In this document: positions 1 to 8,802 of the stretch, piece by piece
Layout: each line of letters begins with the position of its first letter
Numbering within the stretch: position 1 is the first letter of the stretch
Assembly: GCA_963750165.1 (NCBI GenBank)
Contig: CAVVPN010000004.1
Location: 608,001-672,000, forward strand
From: an uncultured Gemmataceae bacterium
Lineage (GTDB): Bacteria > Planctomycetota > Planctomycetia > Gemmatales > Gemmataceae
Length of the DNA stretch: 64,000 nucleotides
Direction: 5' to 3'
The notes under the pieces: generated by a model
What the model was told of the DNA's origin: nothing
The model's input: the letters and a program-made list of their open reading frames with translations, nothing else
The model's database searches: none
Program-made: the position numbers and the translations under genes

Positions 1-1088
1 AACGGCTTCAATGTTCGTGGATAGTTGTACAGGATCACCGGCTTCTGAAACTTCTTCTCCGTCAGGTAGCGTTCGTGCTCGGCCTGCAGGTCGCAGCCCC
101 ACTCCACCGGGAACTCGAACGTCTCACCGGACTGCTTCAACAGGTCGATGGCCTCGGTGTACGGCACCCGCAGAAATTCACTGGTCAGGATGGCCTCCAA
201 CCGCGGCAGCACCGCCGCATCGACGCGCTCCTTGAAGAACTGCATGTCCTCGCCGCAGCGCTCCAGCGCATCCTTGATGATGCGCTTGATGAACGCCTCG
301 GCCAGCGTCATGTTGTCGTCCAACTCGTAAAAGGCCATCTCCGGCTCGACCATCCAGAACTCGGCCAGGTGGCGGGTCGTGTTGGAGTTCTCGGCGCGGA
401 AGGTTGGACCGAAGGTGTACACCTTGCCCAGGGCGCAGGCGAAAATTTCGGCCTGCAGCTGACCGCTGACGGTCAGGTAGGCCGGCTTGTTGAAAAAGTC
501 CTGGCTGAAATCGACGGCCCCATCCTTGCGCGGCGGCTTGTCCAGGTCCAGCGTCGTCACCTTGAACATTTCGCCGGCGCCCTCGCAGTCGCTGGCGGTG
601 ATGATCGGGGTGTGGATGTAAAGGAAACCGCGTTCCTGGAAGAAGTCGTGGATGGACTTGCTGACGCAGTTGCGCAGGCGGGCCACGGCGCCGAAGGTGT
701 TGGTGCGCGGCCGCAGATGGGCCTTGGTGCGCAGGAATTCGTAAGAGTGGCCCTTCTTCTGCAGCGGATACGTCTCCGGGTCGGCGCCGCCGTGGACGGT
801 GACGCTCTTCGCCAGCAGTTCCGTGGCCTGGCCCTTGGCCGGCGACTGGCGCACCTCGCCGGTGACGGTGACGCTGCTGCCGGTGGTGAGGTGCTTGACC
901 GCGGTTTCGTAGTTGGGCAGCGTATTGTCGGCGACGACCTGCAGATTGCCCTGACTGGAGCCGTCGTTGAGTTCGAGGAAACTGAAACCGCCCTTGGAGT
1001 CGCGGCGCGTGCGCACCCAGCCCTGCACCTTGACCTGCCGGCCAATGCTCTCCGCCCGCCGCGCCGCGGCGACGCTGATGATGTCCAT
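1..1088 (-). CDS. asnS: Asparagine--tRNA ligase (3' end outside window)
   Basis: Translated by hand from ATG at 1088: [50 protein letters not shown]...[16 protein letters not shown]...[12 protein letters not shown]...[31 protein letters not shown]. These are the OB-fold N-terminus and class II motifs of AsnRS. The ORF track misses it because it runs off the window edge. Confidence 0.96.
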   Translation of the reverse strand, partial: MDIISVAAARRAESIGRQVKVQGWVRTRRDSKGGFSFLELNDGSSQGNLQVVADNTLPNYETAVKHLTTGSSVTVTGEVRQSPAKGQATELLAKSVTVHGGADPETYPLQKKGHSYEFLRTKAHLRPRTNTFGAVARLRNCVSKSIHDFFQERGFLYIHTPIITASDCEGAGEMFKVTTLDLDKPPRKDGAVDFSQDFFNKPAYLTVSGQLQAEIFACALGKVYTFGPTFRAENSNTTRHLAEFWMVEPEMAFYELDDNMTLAEAFIKRIIKDALERCGEDMQFFKERVDAAVLPRLEAILTSEFLRVPYTEAIDLLKQSGETFEFPVEWGCDLQAEHERYLTEKKFQKPVILYNYPRTLKP

Positions 1089-1174
1089 GAGAGTCCCCTG
1101 CTGACTTGCCGATGGGAATCGATTCCGCAGGGGTCATTGTCGGCGCGGCGGGGCGGCGGGGCAACTCTTCGGTC

Positions 1175-1240
1175 TTGGTTCGTCGTTCCGCCTTCAGGCG
1201 GTCTTCGCTCCAACCGCCTGAAGGCGGAACGACGAACCAA
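1175..1240. repeat. REP-like perfect inverted repeat (28-bp arms, 10-nt loop)
   Basis: ttggttcgtcgttccgccttcaggcggt ... accgcctgaaggcggaacgacgaaccaa, lying between the kinase stop and the asnS start. Confidence 0.85.
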
Positions 1241-1246
1241 AACAGC

Positions 1247-2239
1247 TCAACCCGCTCCCAGTGCCTCGTCCCAGAACTGCATCGTGCCGTGGTGCAGGCG
1301 GGCACCGATCTGCGTGATGACCTTCATCGCCAGGAAGTTCGCCGCCCGCGCCGCTGGCGCTGGCGCCACCCCGTGCGTGACGCCGTACAGGAACGCTCCC
1401 GCGAACATGTCGCCGGCGCCCGTCAGGTCGCGCGGCTCACACGGGTACGCCGGCACATGGGTCTCGCTGCCGTCGTAGCGCACGAAGGCTCCGCCGGCAC
1501 CGGCCGTCACCACCGCGGCCGGCACCACCTCACGCAGTCGGGCGAACGCTTCCTCGGCAGTGTCGGCCTTCGTCACGGCGCGGGCCTCGCTCTCGTTGCA
1601 GAACAGCAGGTCCGCCTTGATGAGCGCTTCAAAGAAGGCGTCGCGGAACACCTCCACGACGAACGCCTCCGAACAGGTGAGCGCCACCTTGACGCCGTGC
1701 TGGCGGGCGATGCGCATCGCCTCACGGATGGCCCCCTGACCGGTCTGCGGGTTGGCGAAGACGTAGCCCTCAATGAACAGCCAGTCGGCGTTCTGGATGA
1801 CGTGCTCGTCCACGTGCCGCGCGGCGAGGTGGCTGGACACCGCCAAACAGGTACGCATGGTGCGCTCGGCGTCCGGCGTGATGACGCAGACGCAGGTGCC
1901 GGTCGTCTCCTCGACGATGTTGGCGTTCACGAAGTCGATGCCAAGTTCGTCGAACTCGGTCTTGTAGAACAGGCCATAGCGGTCGTCGCCAACGCAGCCG
2001 ATGAAGCCGGCTTGGCCGCCGAGCTGCGAAAACGCGATGGTCGAGTTGGCCACGCTGCCGCCGCTGACCAGGCGCGGTTCGCGGCCGTGGAAGCGGTCGA
2101 GCAACTGCCGCTGTTCGGCCGACTCGACCAGGCGCATGGTGCCGCGCTCGAAGCCCAGGGCGGCGAACTCCGCGTCGGAGACCTCCACGAAGATGTCCAC
2201 GATGGCGTTGCCCAGACCGCAGAGCTGCAATTCTTTCAT
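1247..2239 (-). CDS. PfkB/ribokinase family carbohydrate or nucleoside (adenosine-type) kinase
   Basis: GLGNAIVD, SGGSVANS, GCVGDDRYG, FCNESEA and DLTGAGDMFAGAFLYG PfkB signatures; GGAG upstream of ATG 2239. Confidence 0.92.
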   Translation of the reverse strand: MKELQLCGLGNAIVDIFVEVSDAEFAALGFERGTMRLVESAEQRQLLDRFHGREPRLVSGGSVANSTIAFSQLGGQAGFIGCVGDDRYGLFYKTEFDELGIDFVNANIVEETTGTCVCVITPDAERTMRTCLAVSSHLAARHVDEHVIQNADWLFIEGYVFANPQTGQGAIREAMRIARQHGVKVALTCSEAFVVEVFRDAFFEALIKADLLFCNESEARAVTKADTAEEAFARLREVVPAAVVTAGAGGAFVRYDGSETHVPAYPCEPRDLTGAGDMFAGAFLYGVTHGVAPAPAARAANFLAMKVITQIGARLHHGTMQFWDEALGAG

Positions 2240-2285
2240 GGCGTCTCCCCCAGTGCGCATCGCGGTCGGGTGTAGCGGTCTGTTC

Positions 2286-2342
2286 GTAGCGGAAGTCGCC
2301 AGACTTCCGTAGCGGCTTCGGAAGTCTGGCGACTTCCGCTAC
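2286..2342. repeat. GTAG-type REP doublet (inverted pair)
   Basis: gtagcggaagtcgccagacttccg ... cggaagtctggcgacttccgctac; each arm is itself a small hairpin beginning with GTAG. Confidence 0.85.
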
Positions 2343-2372
2343 CCCCAAACGCCAACCGCTCCAGCCTCTTCC

Positions 2373-2400
2373 GTGGGGCAGACAGGAATGTCTGCCCCAC
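2373..2400. repeat. GTGG-type REP-like palindrome
   Basis: gtggggcagacaggaatgtctgccccac. Confidence 0.75.
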
Positions 2401-2442
2401 GAAAAGAACCACAGACAACATAGTGAAGCGCCGCGGCGGCGG

Positions 2443-2958
2443 TCAGGCGGGGCTGGCGTCGGCCTCAGGCGGGGGAGTGGCGGCGGGGTCGGGCGGCTTG
2501 ACGGCGGCGCGGCCCTCGACCAGCGTCAGCGTCACGCCCTCCTGTACCACCTTGCCGTGCTGGTTGACCACCTGCCGCTGCCAGGTGATGATGCCGCGCC
2601 GGCCGCGGCGCGCCCGGCTCTCCTTGGCGAGGATCTTGCAGCGCACGCGGATGGTGTCGCCGACAAAGACCGTTTCCTTGAACGTCCACTCGCGGATGCT
2701 GAGGAACGCCAGCGTGCGCATCGGCGGCGCGTTCATGGTCAGGCCGCTGCCGATGGCCCAGATGAGCAGGCCGTGCGCCACCGGGCGGCGGAACGGCGTC
2801 GTTTTGGCGAACTCGTGATCGACGTGGATGGGGTTGAAGTCGCCACTCAGGCCGGCAAAGTTGACGATGTCAGTCTCGGTGACGGTGCGGCCGAGCGACT
2901 CCCACTCCTGGCCGACTGCCACGTCGTCGAAGAACAGGTGGAGGTTGGTGAACGCCAT
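2443..2958 (-). CDS. MaoC/PaaZ C-terminal family (hotdog fold) dehydratase
   Basis: FDDVAVGQ...RTVTETDIVNFAGLSGDFNPIHVD...F...VAHGLL hydratase motif. Confidence 0.93.
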   Translation of the reverse strand: MAFTNLHLFFDDVAVGQEWESLGRTVTETDIVNFAGLSGDFNPIHVDHEFAKTTPFRRPVAHGLLIWAIGSGLTMNAPPMRTLAFLSIREWTFKETVFVGDTIRVRCKILAKESRARRGRRGIITWQRQVVNQHGKVVQEGVTLTLVEGRAAVKPPDPAATPPPEADASPA

Positions 2959-3036
2959 CGCTTGATTCCAGGAACGCGGACAGCGAATCTCCTGGTGCGA
3001 GTGTACAAAAACCGGCCGTCCGGTCGCAAGCCGTTC

Positions 3037-3813
3037 CTACGCGGCGGGAGTCGCCACCCCCTCCACGAACGGGCAGTACACCCGAAAGCCGAGCCGCTCA
3101 TACACCCGGCGGGCGGTCGCGTTCGCCTGGACCACGTTGAGCGCGATCGTCGGCAGGCCGCGCCGCAGTAGCTCCGCGACGACCGCGGCGGTGACACGGC
3201 TGGCCAGGCCACGGCCGCGGCGGTCGCGCCGCGTATAAATGCAGCCGACCGCGGCGACGCCCTCCTGCGGCACCACCAGATGCGTCCCCGCCGCCGCGAT
3301 CAACTCCGGCCCTTCGCGGACACCGAAGAAGACGCCCTCGGCCAGCATGTCCGGGACGAAGGCATCCGGGGCCTCGCCGCTGGCGTCCCCGTCCGCGAAC
3401 AACCGTCGCAGCGCGTCCAGGTCCGCCGGCCCCAGCGGCGCCGCGCCGGCCAGGTCGCCGGGCACAAACGCGGTCGGGTCGAGCGCCATCCGCAACATGG
3501 GCTTCAGGTGCGAGCAGTCGTACCGCGGCGCCAGCAGCGGCACCATGTCCGGCCGCACTTGCAGGTTGAGTGGCAGGGCGGCGTCGATCTCGTGAAGCAG
3601 CGGCGCGAGGCGTTCCGGCGGCCCGAGCGCGAACAGCACCGGCGGCGTGAACGCCTGGAAGAGTAACAGCAGTGCCGCGGGTTCGCCTGGGGAGTGGAAC
3701 CAACGGCAGTGCGGGAAAAAGCCCGGCGCAAGGTCGCCGAGCGCGTACACGGACCAGGGGCGGTCGGTTTCCAGCAGGGCGCGGAGGGCGGCCGGGTCGT
3801 GCAGTGGAGGCAT
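3037..3813 (-). CDS. GNAT family N-acetyltransferase (FR47-like C-terminal domain)
   Basis: IYTRRDRRGRGLA acetyl-CoA motif A and NATARRVYERLGF motif B. Confidence 0.9.
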   Translation of the reverse strand: MPPLHDPAALRALLETDRPWSVYALGDLAPGFFPHCRWFHSPGEPAALLLLFQAFTPPVLFALGPPERLAPLLHEIDAALPLNLQVRPDMVPLLAPRYDCSHLKPMLRMALDPTAFVPGDLAGAAPLGPADLDALRRLFADGDASGEAPDAFVPDMLAEGVFFGVREGPELIAAAGTHLVVPQEGVAAVGCIYTRRDRRGRGLASRVTAAVVAELLRRGLPTIALNVVQANATARRVYERLGFRVYCPFVEGVATPAA

Positions 3814-3828
3814 ACCTGTCTCGGGGCG

Positions 3829-4230
3829 TTATTCCCGTGGGCCTTTTTTCTTGAGCGCCCGTGGGGTGATCTGACTGATGGCGTAGGCAGCCCAGCGTCG
3901 CACTTCCGGGTCTTGGTCCTCCAGCAGCCGGGTCAGGCCCGGCAGCGCCTCGACGTGACGGCGGCCGTGGGTGCCCATGCTGCCAATGATCCGGGCCGCC
4001 TGGGCGCGCAGTTCCTTGTCGCGATGCTTGAACAGGTCGAGCAACGCCGGCAGCGCTCGCTTATCCAGGTCGCACAGGGCGCTGGCCGCGGAACTGCGCA
4101 CGCGGTCATCGGAATCTTTCAACGCCTTGATAAGGGCGGGAACCGCTTTGTCCAGTTCGTCACCGCTCGCTTGCCCGGCGGCCGGGACGGGCATCAGGGC
4201 CAGCAACGGCAGAACGCTCCACAGGCGCAT
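3829..4230 (-). CDS. Small secreted HEAT-repeat protein
   Basis: Hydrophobic signal-peptide-like N-terminus; repeats AVPALIKALKDSDDRVRSSAASAL and ALPGLTRLLEDQDPEVRRWAAYAI. Confidence 0.85.
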   Translation of the reverse strand: MRLWSVLPLLALMPVPAAGQASGDELDKAVPALIKALKDSDDRVRSSAASALCDLDKRALPALLDLFKHRDKELRAQAARIIGSMGTHGRRHVEALPGLTRLLEDQDPEVRRWAAYAISQITPRALKKKGPRE

Positions 4231-4307
4231 GGGCAATCCCTCCAGAGTTGACGTGAGTTACCGATCCTCCGTCGATTACAGCCGAACGCGACCGTTCCGG
4301 CAAGTCG

Positions 4308-5144
4308 TCACTCCACAAACTCCACCGCCACCGGCTTCGGAATGATGCCCGCCCGGTGGCCTTCCTCCAGCAAGCGGCGCACCGCCGCGCGGCCGCGCGG
4401 CCCGTAGTCCAGCGTCCAGTCATTGACGTACATGCCGACGAACTGGTCCGCCAGTGACACATCCATGTCGCGCGCATACTTCAAGGCGTACTGCAGGGCG
4501 TCCTGGCGGTGGGCCAGGGCGTAGCGGATGCTCTCCTTGAGCAGCCGGCTGATGTCGCGGATGGTGGCATCGCCGAGGTTGCGGCGCACGACGTTGCCGC
4601 CGAGCGGCAGCGGCAGCCCGGTCTGCTCCTGCCACCATACGCCAAGGTCTACGATCAACCGCAGCCCCTGGTTCTGAAACGTCAACTGGCCCTCGTGGAT
4701 AATCAGGCCGGCGTCGAAGCGGCCCGACGCCACGGCGTCAATGATCTGGTCGAACGGCACCACCTCATACGCGAACTCCCCGGCGCACAGTCGCAGCGTC
4801 AGGAACGCGGTGGTCAGCGTGCCCGGCACGGCGACGCGCACTGCGGGCAGGTCGCCGATGGTCAGCGGCCGGCGGGCGACGACCATGGGGCCGTAGCGGT
4901 CGCCCATGCTGCAACCGCTCGGCAGCAGGGCGTAGCGCTCCAGCAGGTGGGCGTAGGCGTGAATGCTGACAGCGGTCACCTCCAGCTCGCCGCGCAAAGC
5001 TCGGCGGTTGAGCGTCTCGATGTCCTGGAGTTCGTGGCGGAATTGCAGATTTCCGGTATCGATTTTGTCGTGGGCCAGGGCGTAGAACATGAAGGCGTCG
5101 TCGGGGTCGGGGCTGTGGCCGACGGTGATGAGTTGCTTGGCCAT
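4308..5144 (-). CDS. mqnD: 1,4-dihydroxy-6-naphthoate synthase (futalosine menaquinone pathway, MqnA/MqnD family)
   Basis: GHSPDPDDAFMFYAL, DIETLN, IIHEGQLT, LPLPLG and VGMYVN motifs typical of MqnD; start ATG 5144 after AAGGA. Confidence 0.88.
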   Translation of the reverse strand: MAKQLITVGHSPDPDDAFMFYALAHDKIDTGNLQFRHELQDIETLNRRALRGELEVTAVSIHAYAHLLERYALLPSGCSMGDRYGPMVVARRPLTIGDLPAVRVAVPGTLTTAFLTLRLCAGEFAYEVVPFDQIIDAVASGRFDAGLIIHEGQLTFQNQGLRLIVDLGVWWQEQTGLPLPLGGNVVRRNLGDATIRDISRLLKESIRYALAHRQDALQYALKYARDMDVSLADQFVGMYVNDWTLDYGPRGRAAVRRLLEEGHRAGIIPKPVAVEFVE

Positions 5145-5216
5145 GTGCGATCCTTTCCGGTTGCGGTGCGGGCTATTGTACGGCCAGAGAACCGAAAAGA
5201 GACCGCCGAGCATAAC

Positions 5217-5335
5217 CAGAGGTCAGGGGTCAGGAGTCAGAGATCAGAGGTCAGAGGTCAGAGATCAAAACCGGAGTTCTGCCGCTTTCGGCCTGGCGCT
5301 GACCTCTGACCTCTGATTCCTGACTCCTGACTTCT
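5217..5335. repeat. Inverted arrays of heptamer tandem repeats (GTCAGAG-like / CTCTGAC-like)
   Basis: cagaggtcaggggtcaggagtcagagatcagaggtcagaggtcagagatca ... ctgacctctgacctctgattcctgactcctgacttct. Confidence 0.85.
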
Positions 5336-6257
5336 ATTTCTGGTTCTTCAGCGTTCGGTCGAAGAACTCAACGACCGCCTGCCGCACCTCCGGCCCGCCC
5401 AGGCCATGGCCCAGGCCCTTGGCGACGTACAGCGTCACCGGCACGCCCGCCTTCTTCAGCGCCGCCTCCAGCAGTTCGCTCTGCTCCAGCGGCACCGTCG
5501 TGTCCTTGTCACCGTGGACGATCAGGAACGGCGGCGCGTCCTTGGTGATGTGCGTGATCGGGTTCGCCTGCTTCGCCAGCGCCTTCTTGTCCGCCACGGG
5601 ACCGCCCAGCAGCCTGGCGATCGAATTGTCCGGGTTCTTGTTTCGCGCAGCCAACTTCGCCAGGTCGATCGGGCCGCAGAAATCGCACACCGCCTGCACC
5701 TTGCTGGAGACGCCCTTGAACGGCCCCTTGGCGGCCACCTTCTCCTGGGCGCCGACCGTGCCCAGCAGCGCCACCAGATGACCGCCCGCCGACTCGCCCC
5801 AGACGCCAATGCGGTTCGGGTCGATGTTCAGCGCCTTGGCGTTCGCGCGCAGGTAGCGAATGGCGGTTCGGCAGTCCTCCAGCTGCGCCGGGAACTTCGC
5901 CTCCGCCGACAGCCGGTACTCGATGCTGGCGCCGACGAAGCCTTGCTTCACCAGCGGCAGCAACCGCGGCAGCCCGCTGTCACGATGGCCGCCCTGCCAG
6001 CCGCCGCCGTGAATCCACACCACCACCGGCCGCGGCGTCTTCGACTCCGCTTTCGGCAGCAGGATGTGCATCCGCAACGGCCGGCTGTTGCCGGTGCCGT
6101 ACTCCACGTCGCGGCGCAGTTCGACGCCTTCCGGGGCCACGAACGGCTTCGGCTGCTTTTTCTCCTGTGGCGGCTTCTTCTCCTGCGCCGCCGTTGGCAG
6201 CGCCGCCAGCGCCGCCAGTCCGGCCAGCACCACGCTCAACACGTCCAGTCGTCTCAT
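5334..6257 (-). CDS. Secreted alpha/beta hydrolase (esterase/lipase, BD-FAE-like)
   Basis: Signal peptide, IHGGGW oxyanion motif, GESAGG nucleophile, HGDKDTTVP and GHG catalytic His. Confidence 0.92.
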   Translation of the reverse strand: MRRLDVLSVVLAGLAALAALPTAAQEKKPPQEKKQPKPFVAPEGVELRRDVEYGTGNSRPLRMHILLPKAESKTPRPVVVWIHGGGWQGGHRDSGLPRLLPLVKQGFVGASIEYRLSAEAKFPAQLEDCRTAIRYLRANAKALNIDPNRIGVWGESAGGHLVALLGTVGAQEKVAAKGPFKGVSSKVQAVCDFCGPIDLAKLAARNKNPDNSIARLLGGPVADKKALAKQANPITHITKDAPPFLIVHGDKDTTVPLEQSELLEAALKKAGVPVTLYVAKGLGHGLGGPEVRQAVVEFFDRTLKNQK

Positions 6258-6384
6258 CGTCGGTCCTCCTGTGCTCGGGGTCGCCCCAACGGGGCCGCTC
6301 TTGACAGGCTGCATACGTCCTGCTCAGATTCAACACCAGCCGCGACCCGATGGCAAGCGCCCCGCGACGAAACAGGATTTGCCA

Positions 6385-7350
6385 ATGCCACCTGCCAGGA
6401 TCACCATCGTCATCCCCGCCGATGAGCCCGCCCAGTTGCAAGGCTCGCCGCACCTCGACCGCCTGCGCGCCCACGGCGAGGTCATCCTGCACGCTGACCG
6501 GCCCGCCGACGATGCGGAAAAAGTGCGGCGGCTGCGCGGCGCCCAGGTGCTCATCAACTCGCGCGGCTCCGTCAAGTGGCCCGGCGAGGTGCTACGGCAA
6601 CTGCCCGACCTGCGGTTGATCGCGAGTTGCGGCATCGGCACCGACGCCATCGACCTGGAGACCTGTCGCCGGCAGGGCATCGCCGTGTGCAACATCCCCG
6701 GCCGCACCGCCGGCATCGTTGCCGAGCACGCCCTGGCGCTGATGCTGGCCGTCGCCCGCCGCACAGCATTCCTGACCGACCAACTCCGCCGCGGCCGCTG
6801 GCAACCGGTGGACAGTGTGTACCTGCGCGGCAAGGTGCTGGGGCTGATCGGCGCCGGCAGCATCGCCGCGGAGATGGCCCGGCTCGGCGCCGCCATCGGC
6901 ATGCGCGTGCGGGCCTGGACGTACCGCTCCGACCCGGAGCGGGCTCAGCGGCTGGGCGTCGAATTCGTCGATCTGGACGAGTTGCTGCGCACGGCCGACG
7001 TGGTGAGCCTGCACCTGAAGTTGACGGAGCAGTCGCGGCGGTTGATCGGGGCGCGCGAGCTGGCGCTGATGAAGACGGGGGCGCTGCTGGTGAACACAGC
7101 GCGTGGCGGCCTGGTGGACACGGAAGCGCTGGCGGCGGCGCTGCAGTCGGGGCACCTGGGCGGGGCGGGGATTGACGTGTTCGAGGTGGAGCCGATTGGG
7201 GCGGAGCACCCGTTGCTGGCGTGTGCGCAGGTGGTGTTGACGCCGCACTGCGCGGACCAAACGCCCGAGGGCATGGAGTTGCTGAATGGGGGCGTCGTTG
7301 ACAACGTTATTGCGTTCCTGGAAGGCCGGCCGCAGAACCGCGTCGTTTGA
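6385..7350 (+). CDS. D-isomer-specific 2-hydroxyacid dehydrogenase (SerA/GhrB-like)
   Basis: VAEHALALML, GLIGAGSIA Rossmann motif, LVNTARGGLVD, DVFEVEP and LTPHCA. Confidence 0.92.
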   Translation: MPPARITIVIPADEPAQLQGSPHLDRLRAHGEVILHADRPADDAEKVRRLRGAQVLINSRGSVKWPGEVLRQLPDLRLIASCGIGTDAIDLETCRRQGIAVCNIPGRTAGIVAEHALALMLAVARRTAFLTDQLRRGRWQPVDSVYLRGKVLGLIGAGSIAAEMARLGAAIGMRVRAWTYRSDPERAQRLGVEFVDLDELLRTADVVSLHLKLTEQSRRLIGARELALMKTGALLVNTARGGLVDTEALAAALQSGHLGGAGIDVFEVEPIGAEHPLLACAQVVLTPHCADQTPEGMELLNGGVVDNVIAFLEGRPQNRVV

Positions 7351-7492
7351 CGTGTCGGCGGTGCATCCGGCAGGGCTGACAGGATCGGAGCATCTTGGAT
7401 GGCTGGCCGCCGTGGAGCCAGCGGAGGCGCTGGAGCGGGCGGGCGCAGAACGCCGATGGTTTTCTCCGGTCAATGTGGACACGGAGGAAGGC

Positions 7493-7792
7493 ATGTTCGA
7501 CGAGTTGGAGCCGCTGCGCGACCGTGATTTGCTGGAGTTGCTGGCCCACTACGCCGAGCGGGCCGAGCCGGATCGCGAAGCGTGGCAGGACCGCGTGATG
7601 GCGCGGGAGGGCGTCGAGGCACGCCAGTTGGCGCGGCTGCACGGGGCGCTGATCGCGGCCGGCTGGGTGGAGCAGAACACCGGCGTGGCGTCGGCGGGCA
7701 AGGTGGGGGCGGCGTGCTACCGGGTCACGAGCACCGGCCAGAAGGCGCTGAAGCGAGTCCGTGCGGAGTGTGTCGCCGATGTGGCGAGCTAA
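7493..7792 (+). CDS. Hypothetical protein (small, winged-helix-like)
   Basis: GGAGG RBS before ATG 7493; LARLHGALIAAGWVEQ...YRVTSTGQKAL resembles the end of a wHTH; codon usage is typical. Confidence 0.65.
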   Translation: MFDELEPLRDRDLLELLAHYAERAEPDREAWQDRVMAREGVEARQLARLHGALIAAGWVEQNTGVASAGKVGAACYRVTSTGQKALKRVRAECVADVAS

Positions 7793-7865
7793 CACCCACC
7801 GCGGCGACGGAATCGCGTTGGATGCCTGTTCCCCCAATTCCCGGCGCTTGAGCACTGCCCAGCGC

Positions 7866-8277
7866 CTACGGGACCGCCTCCACGGCCGCCCCATCCGCAA
7901 ACCGATAGACCAGGAAGTCCCGGTCCAGGGTGAATACCCTTCGTGTGCCCAGCCGCTCGGCCGCGGCCACGACCGAGGCGTCGGCAAAGTCCATCGGCAA
8001 GTCCTGGTACTTCCCCATGAGCGCGGCCATCCGCCCCAGTTCGGTCTCGTCGGGTGCGTGCAGTTCCAGGCGTCCCGCCTCGACTAACCGCCACAGCGCC
8101 TCCTGGCCGGCGTAGCCGCCCGCGCGGTGGAGCAGATACATCGCCTCGGTCAAGCACGGCCAGGTGGTCACCAGGGGACCGGCCGGCAGCGTCTTCGCGG
8201 CCGCGGTGCAGGCGGCGTGGTTGGGGTCGTTACGGTTGAGCAGGGCAACCAGGGGGGCCGGTGTCGGTGAGGGTCAC
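7866..8277 (-). pseudogene. vapC: VapC-type PIN-domain toxin with +1 frameshift near the 5' end (pseudogene or sequencing error)
   Basis: GTG start overlaps the antitoxin TGA (GTGA). It reads MTLTDTGP, then an extra base in the G6 run (8252-8257) shifts away from LVALLNRNDPNH...TEAMYLL...MDFADASVV...FTLDRDF, which carries the PIN acidic motifs. Confidence 0.85.
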
Positions 8278-8534
8278 GGCTGCCCCCGCGGTTGCTCAGC
8301 GGCCAGCCCCTCGCTGAAGCGGCGGCCGCAGTCCTCCGAGAGCCGCTCCGCCGTGCCGGCGACCGTGCCAAGGTATCCCGCGAGGAAGTCGTAAAGGGTT
8401 CCGGCAGGCGCAGGCGTCGGGGTGAACAGCTGCCGCAGCCCATCAAGGGCCAGCAGTTCAGGGGTCGTACCGCGGCGCGCAGCCTCCTCGGCGAGGCGGT
8501 TTTCCAGGTCGGGTGGTAGTGTGATGGTCGTCAT
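8274..8534 (-). CDS. Antitoxin (ribbon-helix-helix-like, VapB partner)
   Basis: MTTITLPPDLENRLAEEAARRGTTPELLA RHH-like N-terminus; directly upstream of the PIN gene and overlapping it. Confidence 0.8.
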   Translation of the reverse strand: MTTITLPPDLENRLAEEAARRGTTPELLALDGLRQLFTPTPAPAGTLYDFLAGYLGTVAGTAERLSEDCGRRFSEGLAAEQPRGQP

Positions 8535-8802
8535 TGAATACCTACTATCAAGTAGAACGGACGCGAAAGCGACGCGAAAAGGGCTGGGCCCGTCCCCCAT
8601 TTCCTGCTCGTTGGTTGGCTTGGCGGTCGCGCCGCTTTTTATATATCGGCGACACCAGTCCACGGAGGCAACTTTTCAAAACCGTGGACAATTCCGAATC
8701 CAGGGCGCAGCTGAATCCGCAGCCATTCTTTCTTGGACAACCAAATCTCAAACACGTCACATCCTGGATCCGTGTAACCAAAAAGCCATTCCGCCTCGCC
8801 GC

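Noticed and set aside
75..1478. 467-aa plus-strand ORF and the 375-aa minus-strand ORF 178-1305
   Set aside because: Antisense and off-frame shadows of asnS, which occupies another minus frame.
7866..8534. TGA read-through fusion of antitoxin and PIN toxin (same frame)
   Set aside because: The conserved PIN start MTLTDTGP is in the GTGA-overlap frame. A single extra base explains the data better, and the fusion would lose the first catalytic Asp.
8540..8800. AT-richer intergenic stretch with a short IR (gtccacgg...ccgtggac) as a possible ncRNA or operator
   Set aside because: No recognisable RNA family or extended structure; probably the TA promoter region, but not supportable.
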